From the NCBI GenBank assembly GCA_041913605.1, contig JAYSEY010000015.1, positions 20,743 to 84,742 of the forward strand: a stretch of 64,000 nucleotides of DNA. The letters are read 5' to 3'. The DNA is from Permianibacter sp. Lineage in GTDB: Bacteria > Pseudomonadota > Gammaproteobacteria > Enterobacterales > Permianibacteraceae. Shown here piece after piece: positions 18,634 to 28,757 of the stretch. How positions within the stretch are numbered: position 1 is the first letter of the stretch; each line of letters starts with the position of its first letter. The notes under the pieces were generated by a model. The model was not told the DNA's origin. It saw only the letters and a list, made by a program, of their open reading frames with translations, and did no database searches. The position numbers and the translations under genes are program-made.

Positions 18634-19836
18634 ATGCCGTTACGCATTCTGCGTCAGTTCCTGCAGCTGGAATCCGCCTCTGGCCTGCTGCTGATGCTCA
18701 TGGCCGTGCTGGCGCTGCTGGTGGCCAATTCGCCGCTGGCCCATATTTATGACGCGCTGCTCGGGCTGCGCTTCGAGGTGCGACTCGGTGACTGGGCGCT
18801 CGGCAAGCCTTTGCTGCTCTGGATCAACGACGGCCTGATGGCGGTGTTCTTCCTGCTGGTCGGGCTGGAGCTGAAGCGCGAAGTGCTGATCGGCCAGCTC
18901 TCGTCGCGCTCGAAGCTGATGCTGCCGGGCATGGCGGCAATTGGTGGCATGGTCGCGCCGGCGCTGGTTTACCTGCAGGTCAATGCCACCGACCCGGCCA
19001 GCATGGCGGGCTGGGCCATTCCCTGCGCCACCGACATTGCCTTCGCACTCGGTGTGCTGGCGCTGCTGGGGCGCCGGGCGCCGCTGGCCCTGAAGTTGTT
19101 CCTGCTGGCGCTGGCAGTGATTGATGACCTGCTGGCCATCATCGTCATCGCGCTGTTCTACAGCAGCCAGCTGAGCATCATCCACCTGCTGCTGGCACTG
19201 CCCTGCATCGCCGGTCTGGCCTGGCTGAACCGGCGCGGCGTACAGCGGCTGGCGCCCTACATCCTGATCGGCAGCCTGCTCTGGTTGCTGGTGCTGAAGT
19301 CGGGCGTGCACGCGACGCTGGCCGGCGTGATCACCGCCTTCTTCATTCCGCTGCGCCATGCCAGCAGTGGCGATGCGCCACTGGAGCGGCTGGAGCACGC
19401 GCTGCATCCCTACGTAGCGTTCGGCATCCTGCCGGTGTTCGGCTTTGCCAATGCCGGCGTGTCGCTGACCGGGCTGTCGGCGACCGATCTGCTGGCACCG
19501 GTACCACTCGGCATTGCGCTCGGCCTGCTGCTGGGCAAACCGCTGGGTGTGCTGCTGGCGGTGGCCATCGCCCGGCTGCTGAAACTGGCCGAGCTGCCCG
19601 AGGGCACGCACTGGGGACACATGCTCGGCGTCAGTCTGCTGTGCGGCATCGGCTTCACCATGAGTCTGTTTATTGCCTCACTGGCCTTTGAGGCCGGCGG
19701 CAGCCATGCGCCGGGCACCGACCGGCTGGGCATCCTGATCGGCTCGCTGCTGGCGGCGGGCGGCGGATATCTGGTGCTGCGTCTGTGCATGCCGGTGTCG
19801 CGCCGGCCCGGCGCTGCTGCGGAGGGGGCGGGCTGA
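18634..19836 (+). CDS. nhaA: Na+/H+ antiporter NhaA
   Basis: [50 protein letters not shown]. Confidence 0.97.
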   Translation: MPLRILRQFLQLESASGLLLMLMAVLALLVANSPLAHIYDALLGLRFEVRLGDWALGKPLLLWINDGLMAVFFLLVGLELKREVLIGQLSSRSKLMLPGMAAIGGMVAPALVYLQVNATDPASMAGWAIPCATDIAFALGVLALLGRRAPLALKLFLLALAVIDDLLAIIVIALFYSSQLSIIHLLLALPCIAGLAWLNRRGVQRLAPYILIGSLLWLLVLKSGVHATLAGVITAFFIPLRHASSGDAPLERLEHALHPYVAFGILPVFGFANAGVSLTGLSATDLLAPVPLGIALGLLLGKPLGVLLAVAIARLLKLAELPEGTHWGHMLGVSLLCGIGFTMSLFIASLAFEAGGSHAPGTDRLGILIGSLLAAGGGYLVLRLCMPVSRRPGAAAEGAG

Positions 19837-19895
19837 TGTGAACGGCCGGACATGATCGACATACTCCGACACAGAAGCGGCGAAACGATCACAGA

Positions 19896-19918
19896 GTGGT
19901 GATGTACAACATCAACAC
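19896..19918. promoter_or_regulatory. Candidate palindromic operator upstream of the YggN-like gene
   Basis: GTGGTGATGT-aca-ACATCAACAC, arms match 9/10. Confidence 0.4.
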
Positions 19919-20018
19919 AGCAACGGCGGACAAGTGGTGAGGCCGGTTGCCGAATATGCCGGCCGCCTCGATACGTGACCGGCCTGCATTGCCCGACACA
20001 CATGCCAGGAGCATATCC

Positions 20019-20795
20019 ATGAAACGGACCCTGATCGCCAGCGCCCTGCTGCTGATGACCGGCGCCAGCTTTGCCGGTGACGAAAAATGCAAACTGAATA
20101 TCGACTACGGCATCAAGCTGCACAGCGACAAGGTCGAACTGACCGCGCCGGATGGTGAAAAACTGTTGCTCAGCAACGGCAGCGTGTCGGTGGATGGCAA
20201 AACGCTTGCCGTCAACGACAAGGAAAAACAGCTGCTGCGTGATTACGAAACCCATTCGCGCAAGGTGGTGCCGCAGGTGTATGCCATCACCACCGATGCA
20301 CTGGCGATCGCGGCCGATGCCAGCACGCTGGCGATAGGTGCGTTGCTCGGCAAGGATGATCCGGCACTGAAAAAACTGCAGAGCCGTTTTGCCGAGCTGA
20401 ACAAGGAGATCAGCACGCGCATCACGCCGACGTCGCTGCCGGTGACCGATGCCGGCTGGGAAGGTTTTGATGCCGCCGTGGAAGAGGCCGCTGAAGACAT
20501 CGCGGAGTCCGTCACCAGCGCCACGTTCGCGTCGATGGGCAATGTCATGCGTCTGGTCTTCGACGAAGATTATCGCGAAGACTTCGAAGCACGGATGAAG
20601 AAAATGGAAACGGAAATGGATGAGCGCATCGAAAAACGCGCCGAGGCCATGGAGCCGCGGGCACGCGAACTGTGCGACACCTTCCGTGCGCTGGACAGCA
20701 TCGAAACCACGCTGGTGGCCACCCGTCCGGAACTGAAAGCCCTGAACATGGTGCAGCCGTCGGAAGGCAAGGGCAAAAAATTCGTCACTAAATAA
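20019..20795 (+). CDS. YggN/DUF2884-family exported protein
   Basis: Signal peptide, early Cys (KCKLNIDY), NDKEKQLLRDY...VPQV, late LC motif; AGGAG RBS. Confidence 0.75.
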   Translation: MKRTLIASALLLMTGASFAGDEKCKLNIDYGIKLHSDKVELTAPDGEKLLLSNGSVSVDGKTLAVNDKEKQLLRDYETHSRKVVPQVYAITTDALAIAADASTLAIGALLGKDDPALKKLQSRFAELNKEISTRITPTSLPVTDAGWEGFDAAVEEAAEDIAESVTSATFASMGNVMRLVFDEDYREDFEARMKKMETEMDERIEKRAEAMEPRARELCDTFRALDSIETTLVATRPELKALNMVQPSEGKGKKFVTK

Positions 20796-20814
20796 ACCAG
20801 TGATATGCAAACGC

Positions 20815-20843
20815 GCAAAAGGGCGTCCATGACGCCCTTTTGC
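20815..20843. terminator. Bidirectional terminator between the YggN-like gene and rep
   Basis: GCAAAAGGGCGTC-cat-GACGCCCTTTTGC. Confidence 0.8.
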
Positions 20844-21102
20844 TTTGCGGGCGAACCGGTCAGCCGGTCCGTTTGTCATTCTGCGCTGCAGGGCGGATTC
20901 TTTTCAGCCGCGAAGCGATTCAGTGACGTCAGGCCCCGGTGATCGGGTACGGGAGCCTGGCCGAATACATTCGGCCACCACATCAGGGCCATGCCGAAAA
21001 TCGCGCGGCGAGCGGGCGGGTTTTGAAGCTGTTCGCAGCGGCGTGATTGATCTGGGCCTGAACAGGAAAAACCGGTTTGCATCGACGAGCGGCGCCCCGT
21101 GC

Positions 21103-23115
21103 CTACTCGAGCAGCAAGGCGCGCAGGTTGGCGATGCGGTTGCCGGCTTCTTTTTGTTTTTCTTCCTTGCTGAGCACGATCTTGTCGGCCCAGATCAGAT
21201 CTTCTGCCGGCACTTCAGCGAGAAAACGCGACGGTTCGCAACGCACCACTTCACCGAAACGCTTGCGGTGCGAACAGAGCGTGAAGGTCAGGGTTTCGCG
21301 CGCGCGGGTGATGCCGACATAGGCCAGACGGCGTTCTTCCTCGATATTGTTTTCGTCAATGCTGACCCGGTGCGGCAACAGTTCCTCTTCCATGCCGACC
21401 ATGTACACATGCGGATACTCCAGACCTTTCGCGGCGTGCAGCGTCAGCAGCTGGACTTCATCAGCATTGGCTTCCTCTTCCGCGCTGCGTTCCAGCATGT
21501 CGCGCAACAACAGTTTGCTGACCGCGTCGTCGAAGCTGCGTTTGTCGCTGGCGTCATTGAGGCTGCGTTCCAGCCAGGACACCAGTTCCTGGACATTGCC
21601 CCAGCGCGCCATGGCCACTTTCGGGGCGCTGGCATGTTCCAGCAGCCAGGCCTCGTAACCGATGGCACGCAGCAATTCCTGGACCCCGGCAACAGCATCG
21701 CCGGTGCGGCAATAATCGCGGTAGCGTGCGATCAGTTCGGAAAACTGGCGCACGGCCAGCAGTGAGCGGCCGGTGAGTTCGCTTTCCAGTCCCAGCTCGC
21801 GGCAGGCCGGCAGCAGGCCGATATGCCGGCGCTGCGCATAGGCACCGAGTTTTTCCAGCGTGGTGGCGCCGATCTCGCGACGCGGCACATTGACCACGCG
21901 CAGGAAAGCCGCGTCGTCGTCTTCGTTGATCAGCAGACGCAGATAGGCAAGCACGTCCTTGATCTCGGCGCGGGCGAAGAAGGACTGGCCGCCGGACAGT
22001 TTATAGGGCACGCGTTTTTCAATCAGCGCTTTTTCAAACAGTCTCGCCTGATGGTTGCCGCGAAACAGGATGGCGAAATCGCGCCACTTGCCGCGCAGAT
22101 TGATGCGCCGGGCGGCGATCTCGTTGACCACGCGCGTGGCCTCGTCTTCGTCATCGCGGCAGGTGAGCGCGCGCAGCGGTTCACCGAAATCTTTTTGCGA
22201 CCAGAGCTGTTTTTCGAACAGGTGTGAATTGTTGGCGATGACGGCGTTGGCGGCTTTCAGCACGCGACCGCAGGAACGGTAATTCTGTTCCAGCTTGATG
22301 ACCGTGAGTTTGGGAAAATCCTGTTGCAGCAGATTGAGGTTTTCCGGGTTGGCGCCACGCCAGGTGTAGATGCTCTGATCGTCATCGCCGACCACGGTGA
22401 GATTGTCGTTGCCGCCAACCATCAGCTTCAGCCATTCGTACTGCGCGCCGTTGGTGTCCTGGTATTCGTCAACCAGCAGATAGCGCACGCGTGACTGCCA
22501 GCGCTCGCGGATCGCGCCGTGTTCGCGCAGCGCTTTCACCGGCAGACCGATCAGATCGTCAAAGTCGAGGGCATTGCAGGCGCGCTGGGCGCGTTCGTAG
22601 GCGGCATAGGCGCGGGCGATCTCGCCTTCGCCTTCACTGCTGACCAGATCCTGGGCCATCGCGGCATCGACCAGGGCATTTTTCCAGCTCGAGATCTGGC
22701 CGCGGATCAGCTGGATGCGCTGCTTGTCGAGATGCTCGAGATGCGCCGCATCGCGCAGCATGGCCATCGAATCGTCTTCATCCAGCAGGGTGAAATTGCG
22801 TTTCAGGCCGATGTGCTTGTGTTCGAAACGCAGGAAGTTCAGGCCCAGCGTGTGAAAGGTCGAGACGTTCAGTCCTTCGGCGTCACTGCCCAGCAGCTTG
22901 CCGGCGCGCTCGCGCATTTCGCGCGCTGCCTTGTTGGTAAAAGTCACCGCATACACCGATTCGGCGCGCAGTTTCCGGTCGCGGACCAGATAGGCGAGCT
23001 TGTGGGTGATGGCCAGGGTTTTGCCCGAACCGGCACCGGCCAGCACCAGCAGCGGACTGTGGACATGGCGGACGGCCTGTTGCTGGGCGGGGTTGAGGCT
23101 GGACAGCGAGGACAC
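21103..23115 (-). CDS. rep: ATP-dependent DNA helicase Rep
   Basis: LAGAGSGKT, TFTNKAAREM, VDEYQDTN, LEQNYRS, EEERRLAYVGITRA; 670 aa without the UvrD C-terminal domain. Confidence 0.92.
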   Translation of the reverse strand: MSSLSSLNPAQQQAVRHVHSPLLVLAGAGSGKTLAITHKLAYLVRDRKLRAESVYAVTFTNKAAREMRERAGKLLGSDAEGLNVSTFHTLGLNFLRFEHKHIGLKRNFTLLDEDDSMAMLRDAAHLEHLDKQRIQLIRGQISSWKNALVDAAMAQDLVSSEGEGEIARAYAAYERAQRACNALDFDDLIGLPVKALREHGAIRERWQSRVRYLLVDEYQDTNGAQYEWLKLMVGGNDNLTVVGDDDQSIYTWRGANPENLNLLQQDFPKLTVIKLEQNYRSCGRVLKAANAVIANNSHLFEKQLWSQKDFGEPLRALTCRDDEDEATRVVNEIAARRINLRGKWRDFAILFRGNHQARLFEKALIEKRVPYKLSGGQSFFARAEIKDVLAYLRLLINEDDDAAFLRVVNVPRREIGATTLEKLGAYAQRRHIGLLPACRELGLESELTGRSLLAVRQFSELIARYRDYCRTGDAVAGVQELLRAIGYEAWLLEHASAPKVAMARWGNVQELVSWLERSLNDASDKRSFDDAVSKLLLRDMLERSAEEEANADEVQLLTLHAAKGLEYPHVYMVGMEEELLPHRVSIDENNIEEERRLAYVGITRARETLTFTLCSHRKRFGEVVRCEPSRFLAEVPAEDLIWADKIVLSKEEKQKEAGNRIANLRALLLE

Positions 23116-23315
23116 GGCGGGCAGGGCTTCGGAAACAGGGGACTCATTCTAGCCGGCTGGCGCCGGCGCGGCAGGGCTGGACGGGAAATAGGCCTCTGTG
23201 GCGGAGCAGGTCGCGCCGGATCAGGGCACGCTGGATCAGGACGCGCCGGGGAAAACGGCGGAAAAAACAAACGGCGCCAGAGGCGCCGTTGAATCGTTTC
23301 GCGGATCGCCCGGTT

Positions 23316-23519
23316 TCAGGGCGTATCCAGCGGTCCTTCCCACTGACCGTTGGCCAGCCAGTTGCCCACCGGCAGGGTCATGCCGGCGCAGCGCAGACGC
23401 AGGGTCTGCGGGGAATAGACCGAGTCTTTAACCAAACGCACTTGCAGCCAGGGCAAAAGCGAATGCGCTTTCAGCCGGTAACTGCCGGGTTGGCTCGGGA
23501 TGGTGTGTTGCATCGTCAC
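23316..23519 (-). CDS. Hypothetical small protein (about 67 aa)
   Basis: AAGGAGG RBS 8 nt before GTG 23519 (alternative ATG 23513); lies alone between comM and rep. Confidence 0.5.
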   Translation of the reverse strand: MTMQHTIPSQPGSYRLKAHSLLPWLQVRLVKDSVYSPQTLRLRCAGMTLPVGNWLANGQWEGPLDTP

Positions 23520-23684
23520 GGGTACGTCCTCCTTGTGACTCACAGCGCTTTTTGCCCCTGCCACAGCAGGCTTGGAGACAGTGAGCAAGGGGCGTGCCCA
23601 CTGTCGGGAAATTTGATCCTTGTCAGAACTATTTACGTTTTTCCGCCATTATTGCCCATCTGTGTAAAGGCTACGTTACAGATT

Positions 23685-25196
23685 TTAGCCGTTCAGGGCG
23701 TTTTGCAGGCGTTCCAGCCGTCGATAGGACAGTGCTTCGAGCAGATGGGGGTGCCCTATTTTGTCAGTTCCTGACAAATCGGCGATGGTTCGCGCCACCC
23801 TCAGCACCCGGTGCGTGGCCCGTGCCGACAAGCCGAGTTTGTGCATGGCCTGCTCCAGCAGCGCCCGGTCTTCAGCGGCCAGCATGGCCGGATCGGTGAG
23901 CTGGCGGGTCGCAAGCTGGCTGTTCAGCGCGCCGCGTTGCTGCTGGCGTTCGCGCGCCTGCAGGACCAGCGTCCGCCAGCTGGCGCTGTCCGGGCCGCCG
24001 GGCGAGGCCGAGAGCAGTTCGCCCTGCGGCAGCGGCGGCACTTCGACATGCAGATCGATGCGATCCAGAAACGGCCCGGACAGTTTACCGAGGTAGCGCC
24101 GGACGTCGCCGGGGCTGCAGCGGCAGCGGTCGCCGAAACCGAAATGGCCGCAGGGACAGGGATTCATCGCCGCCACCAGCTGGAAGCGGGCCGGAAACTC
24201 GGCCTGCCGGGCGGCGCGGGAGATGGTCACCCGGCCGGACTCCAGCGGCTCGCGCAGCACTTCCAGCACCTGTCGGTCGAACTCCGGCAGCTCATCGAGA
24301 AACAGCACGCCGTGATGGGCCAGCGAGATCTCGCCCGGTTTCGGTTGCGCGCCGCCGCCCACCAGCGCCACCGCCGAAGCGGTGTGATGAGGGGAACGAA
24401 ACGGACGACGGCCGAACTGGCGGGCATCGAAGCCCTGGGCGCTGATCGAGGTCAACGCCGCCACTTCCATCGCCTCCAGCTCGTCCAGATCCGGCAGCAG
24501 ACCGGGCAGGCGGCTGGCGAGCATGGTCTTGCCGGTGCCCGGCGGGCCGATCATCAGCAGATTGTGGCCGCCGGCGGCGGCGATCAGCAGCGCGCGCTTG
24601 GCGGTGGCCTGACCGCGCACGTCGGCCAGATCCGGCGGCGCATCGACGCTGGCCGGCAGCGTTGGCAGATCCACGGCCGGGAGCCGTTCCTGACCGGCAA
24701 GGTGAGCGCTGACTTCCAGCAGATGGGCAGCCGCCACGACTTTGCCGCCGGCCAGCGCGGCCTCATCGGCACTCGCCTGCGGGACCATCAGCGTGCGCCC
24801 GTCGCGGCGCGCCGCCAGAGCCGCCGGCAAGACGCCCGGCACCCGGCGCAGCTCGCCGGACAGCGCCAGCTCGCCGACAAACTCCATGCCCTCGCAGCTT
24901 TCGGCCGGCACATGACCGGCGGCGGCGAGAATGCCGAGCGCGATGGGCAGATCAAAGCGGGCGCCGTCCTTGGGCAGATCGGCGGGGGCAAGGTTGACGG
25001 TGATGCGCTTGTTGGGAAATTCGTAGCCGGCGGTGATCAGGGCAGCGCGGACGCGATCCTTGCTTTCTTTTACTGCGGCTTCCGGCAGGCCGACGATGTT
25101 GAACGCCGGCAGGCCGTTGGCGAGATGGGTCTCGACCAGTATCGGTGGCGCATCCACGCCGAGCGCGGCGCGACTGACTATGCGTGACAGGCTCAT
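23685..25196 (-). CDS. comM: ComM/YifB Mg-chelatase-like AAA+ ATPase
   Basis: VGLPEAAVKESKDRVRAA, GPPGTGKT, GEISLAHHGVLFLDELPEF, MNPCPCG. Confidence 0.95.
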   Translation of the reverse strand: MSLSRIVSRAALGVDAPPILVETHLANGLPAFNIVGLPEAAVKESKDRVRAALITAGYEFPNKRITVNLAPADLPKDGARFDLPIALGILAAAGHVPAESCEGMEFVGELALSGELRRVPGVLPAALAARRDGRTLMVPQASADEAALAGGKVVAAAHLLEVSAHLAGQERLPAVDLPTLPASVDAPPDLADVRGQATAKRALLIAAAGGHNLLMIGPPGTGKTMLASRLPGLLPDLDELEAMEVAALTSISAQGFDARQFGRRPFRSPHHTASAVALVGGGAQPKPGEISLAHHGVLFLDELPEFDRQVLEVLREPLESGRVTISRAARQAEFPARFQLVAAMNPCPCGHFGFGDRCRCSPGDVRRYLGKLSGPFLDRIDLHVEVPPLPQGELLSASPGGPDSASWRTLVLQARERQQQRGALNSQLATRQLTDPAMLAAEDRALLEQAMHKLGLSARATHRVLRVARTIADLSGTDKIGHPHLLEALSYRRLERLQNALNG

Positions 25197-25525
25197 GCCC
25201 GGCGTCCCTGCAGCGTAGCGTAAGGAGGGCGGGCATCCCGGCCCGCATTGCAGCGCATTGTCCGCGCATCAGCTGGCTGGCGCGAGCGGCAATGTCTCAC
25301 AAGGCTGAGCGAGATCGGCGTGGGGGGAAGAACAGGAGCGTGCAGGAGACCTGTGAACACGTTGACGCTAATCGTACGTACGCTACCGGTGTCACAAGCC
25401 CGGCAACGATGGCGACAGGTGGGCTGCACAGGCCGGAATCAGGCTGAGTAGGTCCGATTGGCGCCGCGCAATCGGACCGCCTTCATTCGGGATCGCAACA
25501 ATCAGGCCCGGCAAGCGTCCCCGTT

Positions 25526-25771
25526 TCACTCCTTAGCTTTGTCCAGCGCATCCAGCCTGGCCGCCAGGGCATCGAGCTTTTCACGGGTGCGGGCCAGTAC
25601 GCGGGACTGGGCGTCGAATTCTTCGCGGGTGACCAGATCGAGTTTGCCGAGCTGGGCGGCGAGCAGGTTGCGGAAGCCCTGTTCGAGTTCAGCCTGGGCC
25701 GCTTTCAGTTGCGGCGGCAGGCTGTCACCGAGACGGCGTGCCAGATCGGCGATGATGGCGGGGTCTATCAT
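25526..25771 (-). CDS. ubiK: Ubiquinone biosynthesis accessory factor UbiK (YqiC/BMFP)
   Basis: KLDLVTREEFDAQSRVLARTREKLDALAARL. Confidence 0.93.
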   Translation of the reverse strand: MIDPAIIADLARRLGDSLPPQLKAAQAELEQGFRNLLAAQLGKLDLVTREEFDAQSRVLARTREKLDALAARLDALDKAKE

Positions 25772-25813
25772 GTGCGCAATTCCCGGACGGGACTGGATTC
25801 GGAGGACGGCATT

Positions 25814-26332
25814 ATGCCGCTGGCAACGGGGCCTATCACCTCAAAGGCCATGGGCGTGCTCCTGCTGCTGCTGGGCGCGGCGGCGGATGCTGCCGAGGTG
25901 CATCGCTGGGTCGACAGCAAGGGCCGGGTGCATTACGGCGACCGGCCGCCGCCGGATGCCAAAACCCAAAAAGTCGAAGTGAAAACCACCGAGCCGCTTG
26001 CTGAAACCAGCGTCGATGCCGCCATGGAAAGCGGCGCGCAGGATGGCGGTGATCCGCAGGCGCGCATCAAGGCGGCGGCCGAGCAGGCGCGCGAGGCCCG
26101 CGTTGATCGCCAGAAACGCTCAACCGAACAGCGCGCCGACCGGCAGAAGCGCGAAGCTGAATGTACGGCGGCGCGCAATGAACTGGCACGCTTCGAACAG
26201 GCCAACATCAAGTCGGTGCGCGCCGAAGGCGGCCAGCTGCGCGACATGTCCGACGCCGAGGTCGGCCAGGTTGGCCAGCGTCTGCGTGAACGGGTGGCCG
26301 AAACCTGTCGCAGCGGTGACCGGCGCTCCTAG
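25814..26332 (+). CDS. DUF4124-domain exported protein
   Basis: EVHRWVDSKGRVHYGDRPP motif after a signal peptide; C-terminal Cys pair; GGAGG RBS. Confidence 0.85.
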   Translation: MPLATGPITSKAMGVLLLLLGAAADAAEVHRWVDSKGRVHYGDRPPPDAKTQKVEVKTTEPLAETSVDAAMESGAQDGGDPQARIKAAAEQAREARVDRQKRSTEQRADRQKREAECTAARNELARFEQANIKSVRAEGGQLRDMSDAEVGQVGQRLRERVAETCRSGDRRS

Positions 26333-26481
26333 TCCGGGCGCCAAAACCGGGCCAAAACGCCGGCCGGAACCGTGACCAAAACGGTGTCCGGATAGGTGCC
26401 GGAAACACGGGCAAAAACGCGGTATCCGTCGCCGGTTGTTTTCCGTACAATCGCGCGCCTCAAACCGGGCTGGGTAAGCAG

Positions 26482-28383
26482 ATGAACGACATGGCCGCCA
26501 ATCCCGCGCAGAAAGCGCAGGCGATTTACAACATCCGGCACTGGTCGGCCGGTTACTTCGACATCAATGCCGGCGGTGAAGTCGTGGCACTGCCGCGGCG
26601 CGGTGACAGCGGCAAGGGGATCGCCCTGAACAAGCTGGTTGCCGATGTCGAAGCGCGCGGTCTCAGCCTGCCGGTGCTGATGCGTTTCGCACATGTCTTG
26701 CACGACCGCCTCGATTCGCTGTGTGGCGCGTTCAACGATGCCATTGCCAGCTACGACTACAACGGCCGCTACACCGCCGTGTATCCGATCAAGGTCAATC
26801 AGCAACGCGCCGTGGTGGAAGAACTGGTGCGTCACGGTGGCGGCGAGCGCTTCGGTCTGGAAGCCGGCTCGAAACCGGAACTGATGGCGGTACTCGGCGT
26901 GTCGATGCCGGCCGGCTCGAAAGTGGTCTGCAACGGCTACAAGGATCGCGAGTACGTTCGTCTGGCGCTGATTGGCGAAAAGCTCGGCCGTCAGGTGTAC
27001 ATCGTGGTCGAAAAACTCAACGAACTGCAGATGGTGCTCGAAGAGGCGGCCAAACTGGATGTCTCGCCGCGTCTCGGCGTGCGCGTGCGCCTGTCGTCGA
27101 TGGGCAAGGGCAAGTGGCAGAACACCGGCGGCGAAAAATCGAAATTCGGTTTGTCGGCCTCGCAGGTGCTGGACATGGTGGAGCGCTTGCGCGCCGCCGG
27201 CAAACTCGATTGCCTGCAACTGATCCATTTCCATCTCGGTTCGCAAATTGCCAACATCCGCGACATCCAGCGCGGCATGAAAGAATGCGCGCGCTATTTC
27301 AGCCAGCTGCACGAACTCGGCGCCAGCATCCGTCTGGTCGATGTCGGTGGCGGTCTGGGCGTCGATTACGAAGGCACGCAGACGCGATCGTATTCGTCGA
27401 TGAACTACTCGGTGCAGGAATACGCCAACAACGTCGTGCACGCGCTGCTGGAAACCTGCAAGGAAAAAGATCTGCCGCATCCGGACATCATCACCGAATC
27501 GGGCCGGGCGCTGACCGCGCACCATGCCGTGCTGGTCATGAATGTCGTCGACATGGAAAGCGCGCCCGGTGAAACCGCACCGGAGCCGGCCTCCGAAGAC
27601 GAACCGAACGTGATCCGCGAATTGTGGGATGCCTACGCCGGCCTGAACCGTCGCGCCGTACTTGAGGCCTATCACGATGCGGTGTACCTGCTCGGCGAAG
27701 CGCAAACGCTGTACGTGCACGGTCTGCTGACGCTGCCGCAATGGGCGCGCGCCGAACAACTGTACTTCACCATCTGCCGTCAGGTGCGCGGCCTGCTCGA
27801 TCCGTCCTCACGCGCCCATCTGGAAGTGCTGGAAGATCTGAACGAGAAACTCGCCGACAAGATGTTCTGCAATTTCTCGCTGTTCCAGAGCCTGCCGGAT
27901 TCCTGGGGTATCGATCAGGTATTCCCGGTGATGCCGCTGGCGCGTCTCGATGAAGAACCGAGCGCGCGTGCCGTGCTGCAGGACATGACCTGCGATTCCG
28001 ATGGCCGCATCGAGCGTTACGTCGATGGTACGGATGTCGAAGCCACGCTGCCGCTGCCGGAATTCCACAAGGGCGAGCGCTATCACATCGGTATTTTCAT
28101 GGTCGGTGCATACCAGGAAATTCTTGGCGACATGCACAACCTGTTCGGCGACACCGATTCGGTCATGGTCGTCACCCAGCCGGACGGCAGCTACCAGCTG
28201 ACCCAGTGCGAAGAAGGCGACACCGTCGCCGACGTGTTGCGCTATGTGCATTTCGAACCGGAAAACCTGTTGCGCTCGTATCAGGAACAAATCATGAGTT
28301 CGGCCATGCCTGTCGATCAGAAAAAGCGCTGCCTCGACAGCCTGCGAGCCGGCTTGTCCGGCTATACCTATCTGGAAGAATGA
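26482..28383 (+). CDS. speA: Biosynthetic arginine decarboxylase
   Basis: YPIKVNQQ (PLP Lys), GLEAGSKPEL, HFHLGSQI, DVGGGLGVDY, DMTCDSDG, GDMHNLFGD. Confidence 0.98.
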   Translation: MNDMAANPAQKAQAIYNIRHWSAGYFDINAGGEVVALPRRGDSGKGIALNKLVADVEARGLSLPVLMRFAHVLHDRLDSLCGAFNDAIASYDYNGRYTAVYPIKVNQQRAVVEELVRHGGGERFGLEAGSKPELMAVLGVSMPAGSKVVCNGYKDREYVRLALIGEKLGRQVYIVVEKLNELQMVLEEAAKLDVSPRLGVRVRLSSMGKGKWQNTGGEKSKFGLSASQVLDMVERLRAAGKLDCLQLIHFHLGSQIANIRDIQRGMKECARYFSQLHELGASIRLVDVGGGLGVDYEGTQTRSYSSMNYSVQEYANNVVHALLETCKEKDLPHPDIITESGRALTAHHAVLVMNVVDMESAPGETAPEPASEDEPNVIRELWDAYAGLNRRAVLEAYHDAVYLLGEAQTLYVHGLLTLPQWARAEQLYFTICRQVRGLLDPSSRAHLEVLEDLNEKLADKMFCNFSLFQSLPDSWGIDQVFPVMPLARLDEEPSARAVLQDMTCDSDGRIERYVDGTDVEATLPLPEFHKGERYHIGIFMVGAYQEILGDMHNLFGDTDSVMVVTQPDGSYQLTQCEEGDTVADVLRYVHFEPENLLRSYQEQIMSSAMPVDQKKRCLDSLRAGLSGYTYLEE

Positions 28384-28387
28384 ACCA

Positions 28388-28420
28388 AAACAAACGGGCG
28401 CCTTGGGCGCCCGTTTGTTT
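28388..28420 (+). terminator. Intrinsic terminator after speA
   Basis: AAACAAACGGGCGCC-ttg-GGCGCCCGTTTGTTT. Confidence 0.85.
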
Positions 28421-28467
28421 CTGTGCGAACAGTTTTTCCGGGTGGACTGTTTTTCTCAGGTAGCCAT

Positions 28468-28521
28468 ACTCTCTGTTGTGGAATGACTCTTTGTTGTGGA
28501 ACGACTCACTGTTGTCGAGTG
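28468..28521. repeat. Degenerate 18-bp tandem repeat x3
   Basis: actctctgttgtggaatg / actctttgttgtggaacg / actcactgttgtcgagtg. Confidence 0.8.
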
Positions 28522-28666
28522 ATTTTCCGCAGTGAACTGCTTTTCCCGGAGCCTGCAGGTAGGGCGAACATCGAGACAGAATGCAGAACGGCTGGTCGGA
28601 ACGTGAAAGCGGCGTGCCGAATGGCCAATTCGTCACTATCTTCCGAAGCACGAAATGAAATGCGTT

Positions 28667-28700
28667 CCGTTCGCCCTGAGCCTGTCGAAGGGCTGAACGG
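28667..28700 (+). repeat. REP-like palindrome family A
   Basis: ccgttcgccctgagcctgtcgaagggctgaacgg. Confidence 0.85.
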
Positions 28701-28757
28701 CAAACCGATACCTCCAGGGCGCAATTTTTTTCGCAACACCGACACGCAGGAGCGATC

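Noticed and set aside
21103-23115. uvrD
   Set aside because: Length, N-terminal sequence and absence of the UvrD C-terminal domain fit Rep better.
21103-25196. LexA/SOS boxes near rep and comM (also checked near the WYL locus)
   Set aside because: No CTGT-N8-ACAG match seen by eye; the 63133 palindrome has the opposite arm orientation.
28468-28521. DnaA boxes / replication origin
   Set aside because: Cores match TTATCCACA at only about 6/9, and there is no AT-rich unwinding element or dnaA/gidA context.
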